A stretch of 64,000 bases of DNA from Octopus vulgaris (GCA_951406725.2 OX597829.1:43090001-43154000); one strand, 5' to 3'; numbered from the stretch's first letter, positions 39,749 to 53,781 are shown. The notes: generated by a model from the sequence alone, not told the origin. A program made the numbers and translations.

Positions 39749-40068
39749 CATATACACACTAGCAAAGATGTTTGCAGGCGGCGAACATAAAAAAAATTTC
39801 ATTTTACTTGTAGGAAGAAAATAAAATAAACGTACAACCCAGATGTGGATAATCTAGGACCAAGGTTTCGAACTTTCTAAATTACGTTTGATAACGTAAG
39901 TTTGATTAGCTCTCATCGGCTAGATTTACCTTGACAAATTTTCGTATATATATATAATCGAGTTAAAAAAAACAGAGATATCTAATGGATACAAATTAAT
40001 ATATTAATTAATCAATCAACATATTCACCAACAATTGTTTTATTTGGCAAACAAAATTAAAATTACAA

Positions 40069-40102
<34 letters not shown>

Positions 40103-40189
40103 TTTGCATTTTAAATACCTTGGATGGAAAGTCATCAGGGTGTAGAATGGGCACTAAGGATTACAATAAGATACGTTTGGAATACTCAG

Positions 40190-40387
40190 AATATATAGGG
40201 GACAGACAAAGGGGTTAAGTCGATTACATCGACTCCAGTGCGTAACTGGTACTTAATTTATCGACCCCGAAAGGATGAAAGGCAAAGTCAACCTCGGCGA
40301 AATTTGAACTCAGAACGTAACGGCAGACGAAATACCGTTAAGAATTTCGCCCGGCGTGCAAACGATTCTGCCAGCTCGGCGCCCTTC
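40190..40387 (-). mobile_element. SINE family A monomer
   Basis: Reverse-complement head and core; shares private variants with 43431-43652. Confidence 0.9.
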
Positions 40388-40456
40388 CAGTTTATTATGT
40401 GCGTACTCATAATAAATACATAATAAACATGGTGGTGGTGGTCGTGGTGGTGGTGG

Positions 40457-40495
<39 letters not shown>

Positions 40496-41389
40496 CGATG
40501 ATGACGATGGTGGTGGTGGTGGTGGTGGTGGTGGTGGTGGTGGTGGTGTTAGTGGTGGAGGTGGTGATGTTAGTGGTGGTGGTGTTAGTGGTGGTGGTTG
40601 TGGTGGTGGTGGTGATAGTGGTGCTGGTGCTGCTGCTGCTGATAATAAATGATGATGATGAGGGGGTGGGGATGAAAATATCACTGTTACTTCGACCAGA
40701 ACAAGCGATCACGTAAAGCCGTCTGCCTTGTATGTTCGAAAAATGAAAGGAATAATGGTTTTCAAGCATTCCTGATTTCCTCAAGGGTATACGTAATTGA
40801 ACATTTCTTGCTGCTGCTAGCGAAAATATTAAGTCTGTATTTTCAGTGTCTTCCTGGCTATTTTCACAGTTAATAACCTCCCATATTCTTCAAAATTTTA
40901 TAACTACTTAATCGATTTGCCAATGTTCTTTTGCTATCACGAAAAATTTCTTAATACCGCTACCATTGCAATATGTTTCCTTCAGTTTATTTTGGGCCAG
41001 TTTTAGCAGCGGAATATAAGAGGAGAAATAATAAAAGTGTCCTCTCTAAGGAATTGATTTTACCGTGTTAAGCATACGTGAGAAACACTCGTTTAACGAA
41101 GACTTGCCAATAATCAGAAACAGGACATTCTTATTATCTGCAAGAAAATCCAGAAGAGACGCAATCACTTTTTCTTGTTCTGTTCCCCTTCTTCCAGTCT
41201 TTAATGGCTTACTTTATCTCTCCTTCATTCTCTTTCATTTGCTTCCTTTAAAGAGGAAATTTGATTATAATATATCGCTTTATAAACAGCATGACATAGT
41301 TAAATGCCATAGCAATACATTTTGCAGAACACACACTGCACTGACCCTCCTCCTCTTCCACCTCCTCCTCCACCACCTCCTCCTGCCGA

Positions 41390-41789
41390 AGAAATCTTTG
41401 TTGTTGCATGACAATGCACGCCCACACACAGCCAACCAAACCGTCGAAACCATTAACCAATTGGGTTTTGAGGTGCTGGAACACCCTACCTACAAGCCCA
41501 AATCTCGCTCCTTCCGACTATCTCATATCTTTGGACTGCTCAGAGATAGTGTACGAGGTCGTCGATTTCCTACGGATGAAGATATGAAGGAAGCGGTGCA
41601 TAAATGGTTGCACGACCAACTGAAAGCCTTCTTCTTGAAGAGAATACGCAAAGCTTGTGGACCGCTGGGCCAAGTGCATCGAAAAGGAAGGAGACTATAT
41701 AGAAAAAATGACGTACTTCTATATGTCCAGCTTTTATGTAAATACATTGTAAAAATAGGAGTGCGGATAATGTTTGATTCTATCTCGTA
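41390..41789 (+). mobile_element. Mariner (DD34D-type) transposon 3' fragment with right TIR remnant
   Basis: LLLHDNARPHTA...GFEVLEHP(TY) then frameshift, HIFGLLRDSVRGRRF..EDMKEAVHKWL; ends TTTGATTCTATCTCG|TA. Confidence 0.9.
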
Positions 41790-41813
41790 CACACACACAA
41801 ACATATATATATA

Positions 41814-42197
41814 TCTCTCTATATATAAACGGCAGTTTGTCTGTGCGTGTTTCTGTGTGTCTGTTTTCTCGTACCCTCACTCTGACCACGGCTTTCAACC
41901 GATTCTGATGAAACTTGACACACACATAGCCCAATGTCATAATTCAAAACTAACGCAGCGAAAATTTTGAAAAGTTCCCCCAGTTCTGAAAAAAATCGAT
42001 AAATTCGACATGGGGTCGAGAATCAGAAACCCAAACCACAGACCGTCTAGGGGACGCAACTCCACCTTTTTTAACTCTCAAAAAAAATTTACCATCGTTT
42101 TTTTTTCCATTGTTTTGCTATTTTTGGCTATAACTCTCTAAAAATGCTTTATAGTTATTTCCCTTACAAACCTGAGCAACGCCGGGCGATACTGCTA

Positions 42198-42198
<1 letters not shown>
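41814..42198 (+). mobile_element. Non-autonomous Helitron (different 5' half, same 3' end)
   Basis: A|TCTCTCTATATATAAACGG ... CCTGAGCAACGCCGGGCGATACTGCTAG|T. Confidence 0.85.
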
Positions 42199-42246
<48 letters not shown>

Positions 42247-42550
42247 GCATTAAATACTAGAAAGCGTACACGTTGGACATACACAGACGGACCCTAATTC
42301 TTTTTCAGTTTTCAACTGAAATGTTTCATGCCTGTAATGATGACGGTTTGATAACCGAGGGTTAATATTTCGGTTGATAATTGATGAAGAATTTGGGTCC
42401 TTTTGTGTCGGTCCTACATGTACGTTTTTTTTTTTTTTTTTTAGAATTTAATGCATTCTCCATTTATTGAGTAACTGAACGCCACGTATCCAGACTGTTG
42501 TTAACAATAAGGTTTATATATATATATATATATATATAGCAGTCAAAGAG

Positions 42551-42612
<62 letters not shown>

Positions 42613-42723
42613 GTACTCATGTTTGTATACATGTATGTATAAGGCGATTCTTTGAACTTCTTAGAGTGTCTGACAGAATGATCTGTGGTTTCACTTCAAA
42701 TTCCGTCGATATTAGCTTTATCT

Positions 42724-42951
42724 GAAGGCGGCGAGCTGGCAGAAACGTTAGCACGCCGGGCGAAATGCTTAGCGGTATTTCGTCTGCCGCTACGTTCTGA
42801 GTTCAAATTCCGCCGAGGGCGACTTTGCTTTTCATCCTTTCGGGATCGATAAATTAAGTACCAGTTACGCACTGCGGTCAATGTAATCAGCTTAATCCAT
42901 GTTTCTGTCCTTGTTTGTCTCCTCTATGTTTAGCTCCTTGTAGGCAATTAA
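42724..42951 (+). mobile_element. SINE family A monomer with 16-bp TSD
   Basis: GATATTAGCTTTATCT at 42708-42723 and 42952-42967. Confidence 0.9.
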
Positions 42952-43085
42952 GATATTAGCTTTATCTTTTATCACTTCGAGATCGATAAATAAACGGCTA
43001 ATCAACAACTAGTATAGGCTAATTCATCTATTTACTTGTCTCTCATTATCTTTCTTAAAGCCTCTCCATTCTTCCATCACTGTGA

Positions 43086-43138
<53 letters not shown>

Positions 43139-43230
43139 CCTACCTACCAACATACCTACCTACCTACCAACATACTTACCTACCTACCTACCTACCTACC
43201 TACCTACCTACCTATCTATCTCTATCTATC

Positions 43231-43261
<31 letters not shown>

Positions 43262-43430
43262 CTACCTACCTACCAACCTACCTACCTACCTACCTACCTA
43301 TCTATCTATCTATCTAACTATGTATCCATCTATCTATTTATCTATCTATCTATCCATCTATCTATTTATCTATCTATCTATCTATCTATTTATCTATCTA
43401 TATAAATTAACTCACCTTGTCAGTTTATAT

Positions 43431-43652
43431 ATTTATTTATTGCCCACAGGGGGCTAAACATATAGGGGACAGACAAAGGGATTAAGTCGATTACATCGAC
43501 CCCAGTGCGTAACTGGTACTTATTTAATCGACCCCGAAAGGATGAAAAGCAAAGTCAACCTCGGCGAAATTTGAACTCAGAACGTAACGAAAGACGAAAT
43601 ATCGTTAAGGATTTCGCCCGGCGTGCAAACGATTCTGCCAGCTCGGCGCCCT
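43431..43652 (-). mobile_element. SINE family A monomer
   Basis: Reverse complement of the family A consensus. Confidence 0.9.
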
Positions 43653-44042
43653 TCCAGTTTATAGAAAATACCCTCGGCAACTGGGTGAGAGTCAGAGATG
43701 AAGATTAATCAAATCCAAAATCATCGATGATGTGGCTCTGTCTCGTTTGATTTAGGGGCCTTATCTCCCTTGTCAGTCATTAGATAAGTACTTCTCTATG
43801 ACTAAGAGGTGTTCTGACTCTTATTTCCAGCAATGGTTGTTGTGACTAGCACCCTTTGTTACCTTAGTGACGTCTATATGTGTGCTTTTAGGTTGTAATT
43901 TGCAAATAACCCACCTTAAATTACATATATGTGGTGGGTGGTGGGTTGGTAGAGAGACAGGTAATCGGCACTTTACTGTTAGAAAGAATCGACTCCGCTA
44001 CATTTATACATCCAATTTTTAGACAATTATGAACACATATTG

Positions 44043-44111
<69 letters not shown>

Positions 44112-44518
44112 CATAGAATTCTGTTCAATAAAACCACCATCAGGGCAATTACTTCCTCGACGTAGTTTCTGAATCAACTATTATATGTTGATCACGTGAT
44201 CTTCATTCATTTTACCATAACATGTTACCAATAGCAGGCATCAACTAATCCTTGTTATTCTGGGTATTCTAGATGGTCACCATCTCAACGACACCCCAGA
44301 TGCTGTAGTATAAGAGATTTAAATTATGGTACGCAAATTTCCAAGTGTTGAGTAACTGAACGCCACGTATACAGACTGTTGTTAACAATAAGGCTTTATA
44401 TATATATATGTACACATGTTTGTATGTATGTATAAAGCGATTCCTTGAACTTCTTAGAGTGTCTGGGAAGAATGATTTGTCGTTTCACTTCAAATCCCGT
44501 CGATATTAGCTTTATCTG

Positions 44519-44680
44519 AAGGCGGCGAGCTGGCAGAAACGTTAGCCCGCCGGGCGAAATCCTTAGCGGTATTTCGCCTGCCGTTACGTTCTGAGTTCAA
44601 ATTCCGCCGAGGTCTACTTTGCTTTTCATCCTTTCGGGGTCGATTAAATAAGTACCAGTTATGTACTGTGGTCAATGTAC
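44519..44680 (+). mobile_element. SINE family A, 3'-truncated (duplicate of the 42724 copy with its flank)
   Basis: Upstream flank 44350-44518 matches 42469-42723. Confidence 0.85.
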
Positions 44681-45114
44681 CATCTTGGAAATTTTCGGCC
44701 ATCCATTCTTGAGTCATGTGGTCTATGGGAAAAGTCTTGCTAGATCGATTCACTCGATCCAGAGCTTGCCGGACAAACTCGATTTTTCTGACACTGTCTC
44801 ACTGCCCAGAATGCCATTTTGTCTTTTGGCCACGGGAAACAGAAAGAAACTACCAACATCTAAGAAAGTTGCAATCTCAGAATCACTATGGTGGCTGGAT
44901 TCGAACCCCATATACAGCTTTCGACTTTACTGTCCAAGGAGGTATTTCTCGGTATTTATATGTTATTATTTATAACTTTATGTGTTATTCGAGATATAGT
45001 GTTCGAAAAGAAGAAAAAAGATTTCTTCTAGCATTACGGTAATCGCAAAGCGAATGAAAAAGTAGACAAAGTGAAAGTTGAATGAATATAAATGCAGGGA
45101 GCGAAGTGAGAAAG

Positions 45115-45323
45115 AATGAAAGGAAGAAAGACAGACAGAAATGAAGGAAGAAAGAAAAAAGAAAGGAAGAAAGGAAGAATAAAGAAAAGACGAAGAAAAA
45201 AGAAAGACGGTAAAAAGAAAGACAGAAAAGAAAAGAAAGATGGTAGAAAGAGAGAAAGAAAGAAAGAAAGAAAGAAAGAAAAAGAAGCAAAGAAAGTAAA
45301 CTATAAAGAAAGTAAGAAAGTGA

Positions 45324-45367
<44 letters not shown>

Positions 45368-45498
45368 AAAAGAAGCAAAGAAGGATAGAAAAAAAGAAAA
45401 GAAAAGAAAGATGGTAGAAAGAGAGAAACAAGGAAAGAAAGAAAGAAAGAAAGAAAAAGAAGCAAAGAAAGTAAAATATAAAGAAAGTAAGAAAGTGA

Positions 45499-45554
<56 letters not shown>

Positions 45555-45710
45555 AAAGAAACAAAGAAAGGATAGAAAAAAGAAAAGAAAAAAAGAAAAA
45601 AAAAGAAAGAAAGAAAGAAACAAAGAAAAAGAAAAAGAAAGAAAGAAAGATAGAAAGAAAGCAAGAAAGAAAGAAAGAAAGAAAGAAAGAAAAAAAAAAA
45701 AAAGAAATGA
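45115..45710. repeat. (AAAG)n-rich polypurine tract
   Basis: Direct reading. Confidence 0.95.
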
Positions 45711-46725
45711 TAAAATAAAATACAGAACTGAAAGCAAAACCTTTCTGCAAAGTATCTGACAAATGATGTGAAGAGAGACAAAGTAAAGTTGGTTGCGTAT
45801 AAAATAAGTAGGAAAAAAAAAGATACAAAGAAATAGAACAAAATGGCTGATTATCTTAATATAACTTCGTTAAAGATCTTGGTCGTTGCTTTAAGTGTCC
45901 TATTCTAAAAGCTCGCTGTTGTTGAAATATTGTTGGTAATGTGAAAATATTGCTCAAGATATTTTTCGAGGAGTATGATCGAAACGTAAGCCTAATTAGG
46001 CTTATGTTTTCACTGAATTGATGAAGATAACAGCTTCTCTTTTTTTTTCCCCCCCCCCTTTTACTTTTCTGTTTTCCTTTTTCTCTTTCTTTCTTTTCTT
46101 TTTTTTTCTGTTTTTTTTTTTTGTTTGTTTTTTTGTTATTTAGAAACAATTTCAATTACATTCGCTGACATGTACAAGTAGTTATTTAGTTAGCTATTAT
46201 TGCCTTCATTTGATCAGGCTTCGATATCAATTTGCTACGAGGAAAAAACACTGAAACTTCAAGTCTGCTAGATCCTGAGCTTATTTTTATTTTAATTAGA
46301 TTTATCTTTATTATATTATATTATATTATATTATATTTTCTTTTTATAATTAATTGAAAACAAAATTTATATTGAGATCATTAAAATATTTAATTATATA
46401 AATTCGCGTCTTCACAATTTTGTATTTGAATGAGATAAAACAAAATATTTTAAAAAAATGGAATAAAATAACAAACCAAGTATGAGAGAATGTGAATACA
46501 AAAATTATAGTAAAATTATGTTTCTTAAAAAATTTTATTTTGCTTTTTTTGTAAATTTATCTTTAAACTAGACAAATAAAATAGATTGTATTGATTGATT
46601 GATTGACTTATTGATTAAATGTAAGTTATGAAGAAAGAACAAGAAATAAGGGAAAAGGAAATAGAAGAAAAAAAAAGGAATTTTTGTTGATGCCATTGAT
46701 GTTTTTTTTTTTTATTTTTTATTGC

Positions 46726-46764
<39 letters not shown>

Positions 46765-46968
46765 AATCTTTTACTTGTTTCAGTCATTTGACTGCGGCCA
46801 TGCTGGAGCACCGCCTTTAGTTGAGCAAAACGACCCCGGGACTTATTCTTTGTTAAGCCCAGTACTTATTCTATCGGTCTTTTGCCGAACCGCTAAGTGA
46901 CGGGGACGTAAACATACCAGCATCGGTTGTCAATGCTAGGGGGACAAACACAGAAACACAAATACACA

Positions 46969-47008
<40 letters not shown>

Positions 47009-47173
47009 TACGACAGGCTTCTTTTCAGTTTCCGTCTACCAAATCCACTCATAAGGCATTGGTCGGCCCGGGGCTATAGCAGAAGACACTTGCCCAAGAT
47101 GCCACGCAGTGGGACTGAACCCGGAACCATGTGGTTGGCTAGCAAGCTACTTACCACACAGCCACTCCTGCGC
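46765..47173 (-). mobile_element. SINE family B, full length
   Basis: Reverse complement of the family B consensus. Confidence 0.9.
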
Positions 47174-47652
47174 ATATTTATCCATATTTTAATGTAGTTG
47201 CCGTAGCAGTAAAAGATGGAATTCCGACTAAATTTCTACGGAACATATCGCATTTAGTCTCTCGCTTTTATTTTCTTAGTTCTAATCATACCAGGATTAA
47301 CTTTATCATCCTCTTCTGGACTGATAAAAGTAAAAATAAAAAAATAGTGCCAACGACTGTACACTTTCGCAAAACGGTGTGTCCTGCCATTCAGCTGGTG
47401 TGAGGATTTGTCAGACAAAGCACTTGCGTTCTGAGTTCAAATCTCGTCGACTTCCTCGACACACTTCTCCTTCAAATCAACTGTCAAGCTATACTCCTTG
47501 CACACATTTTCTGATACCCAAAGTCCTATACCATTTTCTGTAATACATTGTGACTACAGTGAGGTTACGCGCCAAGTTTACTGATTCGGACACGTCTATA
47601 CATACAAAAGATTTCAAGTTAGAGTTTTATATTGCAACTCACATACCGTATA

Positions 47653-48059
47653 TCTTTATATATAAAAGTGAAGTTGTGTGTCTGTCTCCTACGATTTAGA
47701 TTCCTAACTACTCCCACATTTTGCGGTGCAGTTTAACCAAAACCGGGTATCTTATTGTCGTGATTCATATCGAGCCCTTCTGGGTATTAGCGCGCGTCTA
47801 CGATGAGTCTACGATGAGTCTACGATTTAAAAAAAAAATTACCATCATTTTTTTCCATTTTAATGCATTTTTCGCAATTATATAAGGGAAGTAACTCTCT
47901 AAAAATGTCTACGATGAGTCAACGATTTAAAAAAAAAATTACCATCATTTTTTTCCATTTTTAATGCATTTTTTGCTATTTTTTGGCCTTAACTCTCTAA
48001 AAATACTTATATAGTTATTTCCCTTACAAAACCTGAGCAACGCCGGGCGATACTGCTAG
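47653..48059 (+). mobile_element. Non-autonomous Helitron
   Basis: A|TCTTTATATATAAAAGTG ... CCTGAGCAACGCCGGGCGATACTGCTAG|T; reverse complement of the 28503-28899 type with an internal duplication. Confidence 0.85.
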
Positions 48060-48224
48060 TTATAACTATATCTGAAAAGAGAAAAATTATGCTGTACAAT
48101 TCTCTTCGTTGCTTTAGAAAGAATAAATTTAGCATTATTCGGTATATATTGCCCCATTTCACAAAAATGTCACAAAATCTCTAATCCCAACAAAATCCAT
48201 AGAATTGCTCAGATATGTCTTTTA

Positions 48225-48416
48225 CGTTTTATTTGTTTTAGTTATTAGACTGAGGCCATGCTAGGGTACCGTCCTGAAGAATTTTCAGTATAATGAAACA
48301 ATCCAAGTACTTATACTTTTGTTGAACATGACACTTAATCTGTCGGTCACTTTTGCCGAACCAGCACCGGTTGTCAAGTGGTGGTGAGAGACGACACAGA
48401 CGCACAGACACATACA

Positions 48417-48470
<54 letters not shown>

Positions 48471-49112
48471 GGATCTTTTCGGTTTGAACCGCAGTTTTTG
48501 TATGGGTGTCATATGAAATTGTCACCCATAATTATGACCCTAGTATCGATCTATTGCATTTCAATCTGTTTTAGGGTTAGGGTTATAGAGTTAGGGGTGT
48601 GGGGAAAGGTATCTTTTTTTCTTCAGAAATGTAAATAAACCCAATCTGTTTCTTAAACGAGGGGCATATTCATACGGCACAGAATGTTTTCACCTCAATA
48701 GACGTCATTGATTGGTTGAAATTGCAGAAATTGAAGAAGAAAAAAACAACAAATATCTTACAAACTATAGAATTTTCTCAATAAAGCCAAGAAAAAAGAT
48801 GTTTTATAAACACATTATACCAGTATACGAAGTTTGAAAGTGTTTAGTTACGTGGAAATTATTTTAAAAAACTGCCGATCAAACCGAAAAGATCCCACAC
48901 ACATACAAACACACACATACATACAAACAAACACATATACATATACGCGACGGGCTTCTTTTAGTTTCGATCTACCAAATCCACTTGTAAGGCTTTGGTC
49001 GGCCCGAGGCTATAGTAGAAAGACACTTGCTCAAGATGCTATGCAGTGGGACTGAACCCGGAACCATATGTTTTGGAAGCAAGCTTCTCACCACCCAGCT
49101 ACGCCTATGCCT
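48225..49112 (-). mobile_element. Old SINE family B interrupted by a MITE
   Basis: 3' part 48225-48420, 5' part 48896-49112. Confidence 0.75.
48471..48895. mobile_element. MITE with ~29-bp TIRs inserted in (CA)n
   Basis: GGATCTTTTCGGTTTGAACCGCAGTTTTT / AAAAAACTGCCGATCAAACCGAAAAGATCC; CA on both sides; internal TTAGGGTTAGGG. Confidence 0.85.
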
Positions 49113-49460
49113 ATTTATGAATGATATGAAACACAGTTAAGGATCAATAAATATCCCAAAAGAATATTAAGTATAGTCTAGTAAAGTCATGAATATGTAC
49201 CTTCTGAAAAAAGGGTATATATTGAAAGAAGTACGATACATATCAAACGCGATGAAGAGATGTATTAGATTAACAGAATACACTTAAAAGCCAAAAAAAT
49301 ACACATTGCACAATTTTTTCCTTAGAACAAAGTGTAAGACCAACTGTATGTCATTTTCAAAATGCATTTAGCTTTCAAAAGACGGTGGACAAAGAATTAG
49401 GCAGTAAAAGTAAGTATTGTTGCAAAGACAGAGATCTTTGCAACAATGCGTCGACTGCGG

Positions 49461-50041
49461 AAGGCGGTGAGCTGGCGGAGACGTTAGCACGCCAGGCGAA
49501 ATGCTTAGCGGTATTTCGTCTGACGTTACGGTCTGAGTTCAAATTCCACCGAGGTCGACCTTGCCTTTCATCCTTTTGGGGCCGATAACTAAAGTATCAG
49601 TTACGCACTGGGGTCGATTTAATCGACTTAATCCCTTTGTCTGTCCTTGTTTGTCTCCTCTGTGTTTAGCCCCTTGTGGGTAGTAAAGAAAGTATTTCGT
49701 CTGCCGCTACGTTCTGAGTTCAAATTCCGCCGAGGTCCATTTTGCCTTTCATCCATTTGGAGTCGATTAAATAAGTACCAGTTACGCACTGGGGTCGATA
49801 TAATCGACTTAATCCGTTTGTCAATCCTTGTTTGTCGTCTCTGTGTTTAGCCCCTTGTGGGTAGTAAAGGAATAGGTATTTTCGTCTGCCACTACGTTCC
49901 GCGAGATCAACTTTGCCTTTCATCCCTTTGAGGTCGGCAAATTAAGTACCAGTTGCGTATTGGGGTCGATCTAACCGACTGTCTACCCCTGCCCCCCCCC
50001 GCAAAAAAAATTTTCGGGCCTTGTGCCTAGAGTAGAAAAGT
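49461..50041 (+). mobile_element. SINE family A, trimeric, with 15-bp TSD
   Basis: ATGCGTCGACTGCGG at 49446-49460 and 50042-50056. Confidence 0.92.
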
Positions 50042-50536
50042 ATGCGTCGACTGCGGTAGCTACTGTCTCCGATATGCGGTTGAAAATTTTGAGATTCTGG
50101 CACTACCTGACGGGATCCAAAATATCAGAGAAAAAAAGGAAATGAAATTTTGTGTCACGATAAACCTAAACCATAAGCTCTCAAGCATCTTCTATATCAA
50201 TGGTTTTTGAATTGTTTAATTGGAGTTTTGAAAAATTTGATACTCAAAATTTAAGTAAAAACGTTACTTAGCCTCTGCAAGGGAAACAGAATAGTTCCGC
50301 TTGAAAGAATATGTTATTTTCTATTCTAGAACCTTTTATTTTCTTTTGTTTTCAGATTTGTGAATTAGCATCCTATGCCTGTAATTAAATAGTGAAATAG
50401 TAATCAGTAAAATGTTGTTTTTTTTTTTTTTTAACGTATTCTCGTTTACAGGCCAGGAATTCATTCCTGACTGACCAAAAATTCGTGATAATTTCAGTAG
50501 CAGAACAAGGCATCAAACACATTTCCTACCACTTGT

Positions 50537-50597
<61 letters not shown>

Positions 50598-50610
50598 ATC
50601 TATCTATCTA

Positions 50611-50708
<98 letters not shown>

Positions 50709-50996
50709 GATATATATATACATATATATATATGTGCATATATATATGTATATACATACATGTATACACACACACACATATATATATATATGTATATATA
50801 CACATACACAGATATATGCATGTGAGTGTGTGTGTATGTGCGTGAATATATATATATATATATATACATATATATGTGTATGTATATTATATACATATGC
50901 ATAAATATATCTTTATGCATGTATTTATGTATGTAAGCACACACACATATACATATACATATATATATATATATGTATGTATGTATAAGTGCATGT

Positions 50997-51032
<36 letters not shown>

Positions 51033-51500
51033 CATACATACATACATACGTACACCTATATAAATGCACATGTGTGTATATATATATATATACATATATA
51101 TATACGCACACACATGCATAGGTACATAACTACCTACATACCTATCTACCTACCTACATATATACCTACCTACCTACCTACATACATACATACATACATA
51201 CATACATACATACATACATACATACATACATACATACATACATACATACACACACATATACTACAGACAAACAGAAACAAAGAGAGACATGTAAAAATTG
51301 TAAAGATTTAACGCAAACGTCATAAAGTTTTTCTGTTTTTTGATAATTTCTGCTTTTGTCCTCATTTTGTTTCAGAAAATGGTTCTGAAAATGTTGTTTC
51401 ACTCAATGAATAGACCTTCATTACACTGACCACTATAATTATTTTATGCACTTTGGTAAAAAGGGAAATTGAAAAAAAAATAATAATAATAATAATAATG

Positions 51501-51551
<51 letters not shown>

Positions 51552-51826
51552 CGTTTATCTGCATACATCCTTTAGTCATCAGAATGAGATATTACCTTGT
51601 TAAACAGATCCGATTAATTGGACCATTAAAAGTAATTCGTCATCGAAATGATGAGATATGATTATTATAAATTATATTAAAACGGCTCGATATGATCAAA
51701 ATTTTTCTTTCTGCTTTATTCAATCAAGTAGTTTTCAGTACGTTTGGCATTACTCAGTCTCTTGAAAGAAATTACCTACTATATGAAATTCACTCACAGT
51801 GTATATAGATACAGACAGACATGGTA

Positions 51827-52046
51827 TACTCTTTTACTCTTTTACTCTTTTACTTGTTTCAGTCATTTGACTACGGCCATGCTGGAGCACCGCCTTTAGT
51901 CGAGCAAATCGACCCCGGAACTTATTCTTTGTAAGCCCAGTACTTATTCTATCGGATCTCTTTTGCCGAACCGCTAAGTGACGGGGACGTAAACACACCA
52001 GCATCGGTTGTCAGGCAATGCTAGGGGGACAAACACAGACACACAA

Positions 52047-52081
<35 letters not shown>

Positions 52082-52254
52082 CATATATACGACAGGCTTC
52101 TTTCAGTTTCCGTCTACCAAATCCACTCACAAGGCATTGGTCGGCCCGGGGCTATAGCAGAAGACACTTGCCCAAGATGCCACGCAGTGGGACTGAACCC
52201 TGAATCATGTGGTTGGTTAGCAAGCTACTTACCACACAGCCACTCCTGCGCCTA
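51827..52254 (-). mobile_element. SINE family B, full length
   Basis: Reverse complement of the consensus; ATGGTAT on both sides. Confidence 0.9.
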
Positions 52255-52505
52255 TATGGTATGTATGCATATAAAAAAAAAAGTTTTTAATCGACAGATT
52301 TAAAACAAACGGATTGCTTAGAGGCAGAGCAGTTGGTAAAATTCAGTGTTTGGGATGTTAACTGGGTGGTATTTGGGAATCTGCGTGACGGATAATTGGA
52401 AGATAAACACATTCGGCTATGGTTGACCGCATTAAGATATTTTGTGCCCTGAACAAGGAAAGGATAAACACATACCTCTCGTTGATATTTATGTGCGCGT
52501 GAATG

Positions 52506-52567
<62 letters not shown>

Positions 52568-52613
52568 TATACATACATATATACATACCTATATATACAT
52601 GCACATATATATT

Positions 52614-52644
<31 letters not shown>

Positions 52645-52685
52645 ATATCTCTGTAAAATAATATGTGACAATTATTCGGTAGCCG

Positions 52686-52748
52686 AGATAAAACTCTGAG
52701 TTTCGGATGCCGAGATGGAAATCCACAACACCATCTCTTCGGTTATCT
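52686..52748 (-). ncRNA. Putative type I hammerhead ribozyme, U4C variant
   Basis: AGAUAA-CCGAAGA-GAUG...CAUC-C-GAA-ACUC(A)GAGU-U-UUAUCU; lies in a ~160-nt island between (TA)n tracts. Confidence 0.6.
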
Positions 52749-52928
52749 GTCCATCTATTTACATAATATTGAGGCCTCTTTCTTTTGTTATCTTACCGTT
52801 TTTACCAATATATATATATATATATATATATATGCACTCACACACACACATATACATATATAAATGTGTACATACAGATATAAACTTACATATGTGTGTA
52901 TGTGTGTGTAAGTATATGCATATGTATA

Positions 52929-52977
<49 letters not shown>

Positions 52978-53079
52978 TTGCATTTATATCTATCGTCGAC
53001 ACTTAAGTGATATATTTGTAACTAAACACTCTCACACAGTCAGATCTAAATGGCGATATCTTCATATCTGGCTCCTACA

Positions 53080-53325
53080 GCCTCACTATTACAGCCACGG
53101 CGCTCTTCCGTCTTTATCTGTCTTTGTCAAATGCTGGAGCTTGTAACCATTTTGTGCCACAAATTCACATGCCATCTTTTAAAATGGCTCTCCATGTTTC
53201 TTTTGGCCTATCGTTTGGTCTCTTCACACTAGCTGGTAACCAAGCCATAGTCTAGTCTTTCTTACTGGGATATTATCCTCCCATTCGTTGAACATTCGGT
53301 GCCATCTGCATTCTTCTGTTCATTT
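53080..53325 (-). mobile_element. RTE-type LINE 3' remnant
   Basis: Minus-strand translation MAWLPASVKRPNDRPKETWRAILKD...W..A...DKDR* resembles the RTE C-terminal KR.RGRPK.TW..D...A.DR..W motif. Confidence 0.5.
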
Positions 53326-53547
53326 ATGAGAAGACTATATTATCAGAATAGATCTCTGATTTCAGAAAAAGTCTTTGTTGTTGCTGTTGCTGCTGTTTTA
53401 TCACATATCATTTCTGGTCGAGTAGGACAATTGCCAAAAATCGTTCTCTAAGTAAAGACACCAATCCTCACTCTACCACACATAAACATGCAATTACCAT
53501 TTCAAGTTAATCTGAACCCGATTTCAAATTGTTCCTGCGCTTTCTTT

Positions 53548-53781
53548 TTTACTCTTTTACTCGTTTCAGTCATTTGACTGTGGCCATACTGGAGCACGGC
53601 CTTTAGTCGAGCAAATCACGACCCCAGGACTTATTCTTCGTAAGCCTAGTACTTATTCTATCGGTCTCTTTTGCCGAACCGCTAAGTTACGGGAACGTAA
53701 ACACACCAGCATCGGTTGTCAAGCGATATTGGGGGTGGGGAGACAAACACACACACACAAACATATACACACACATGCATA

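Noticed and set aside
41065-41970. 301-aa ORF as a domesticated mariner fusion gene
   Set aside because: Chance read-through of unique DNA, a (CCT)n tract, a frameshifted mariner fragment (YSPDLAPSD motif broken) and a Helitron end.
44680-44790. Possible DD37D transposase scrap (HMTQEWMAENF, minus)
   Set aside because: Too short and degenerate to support.
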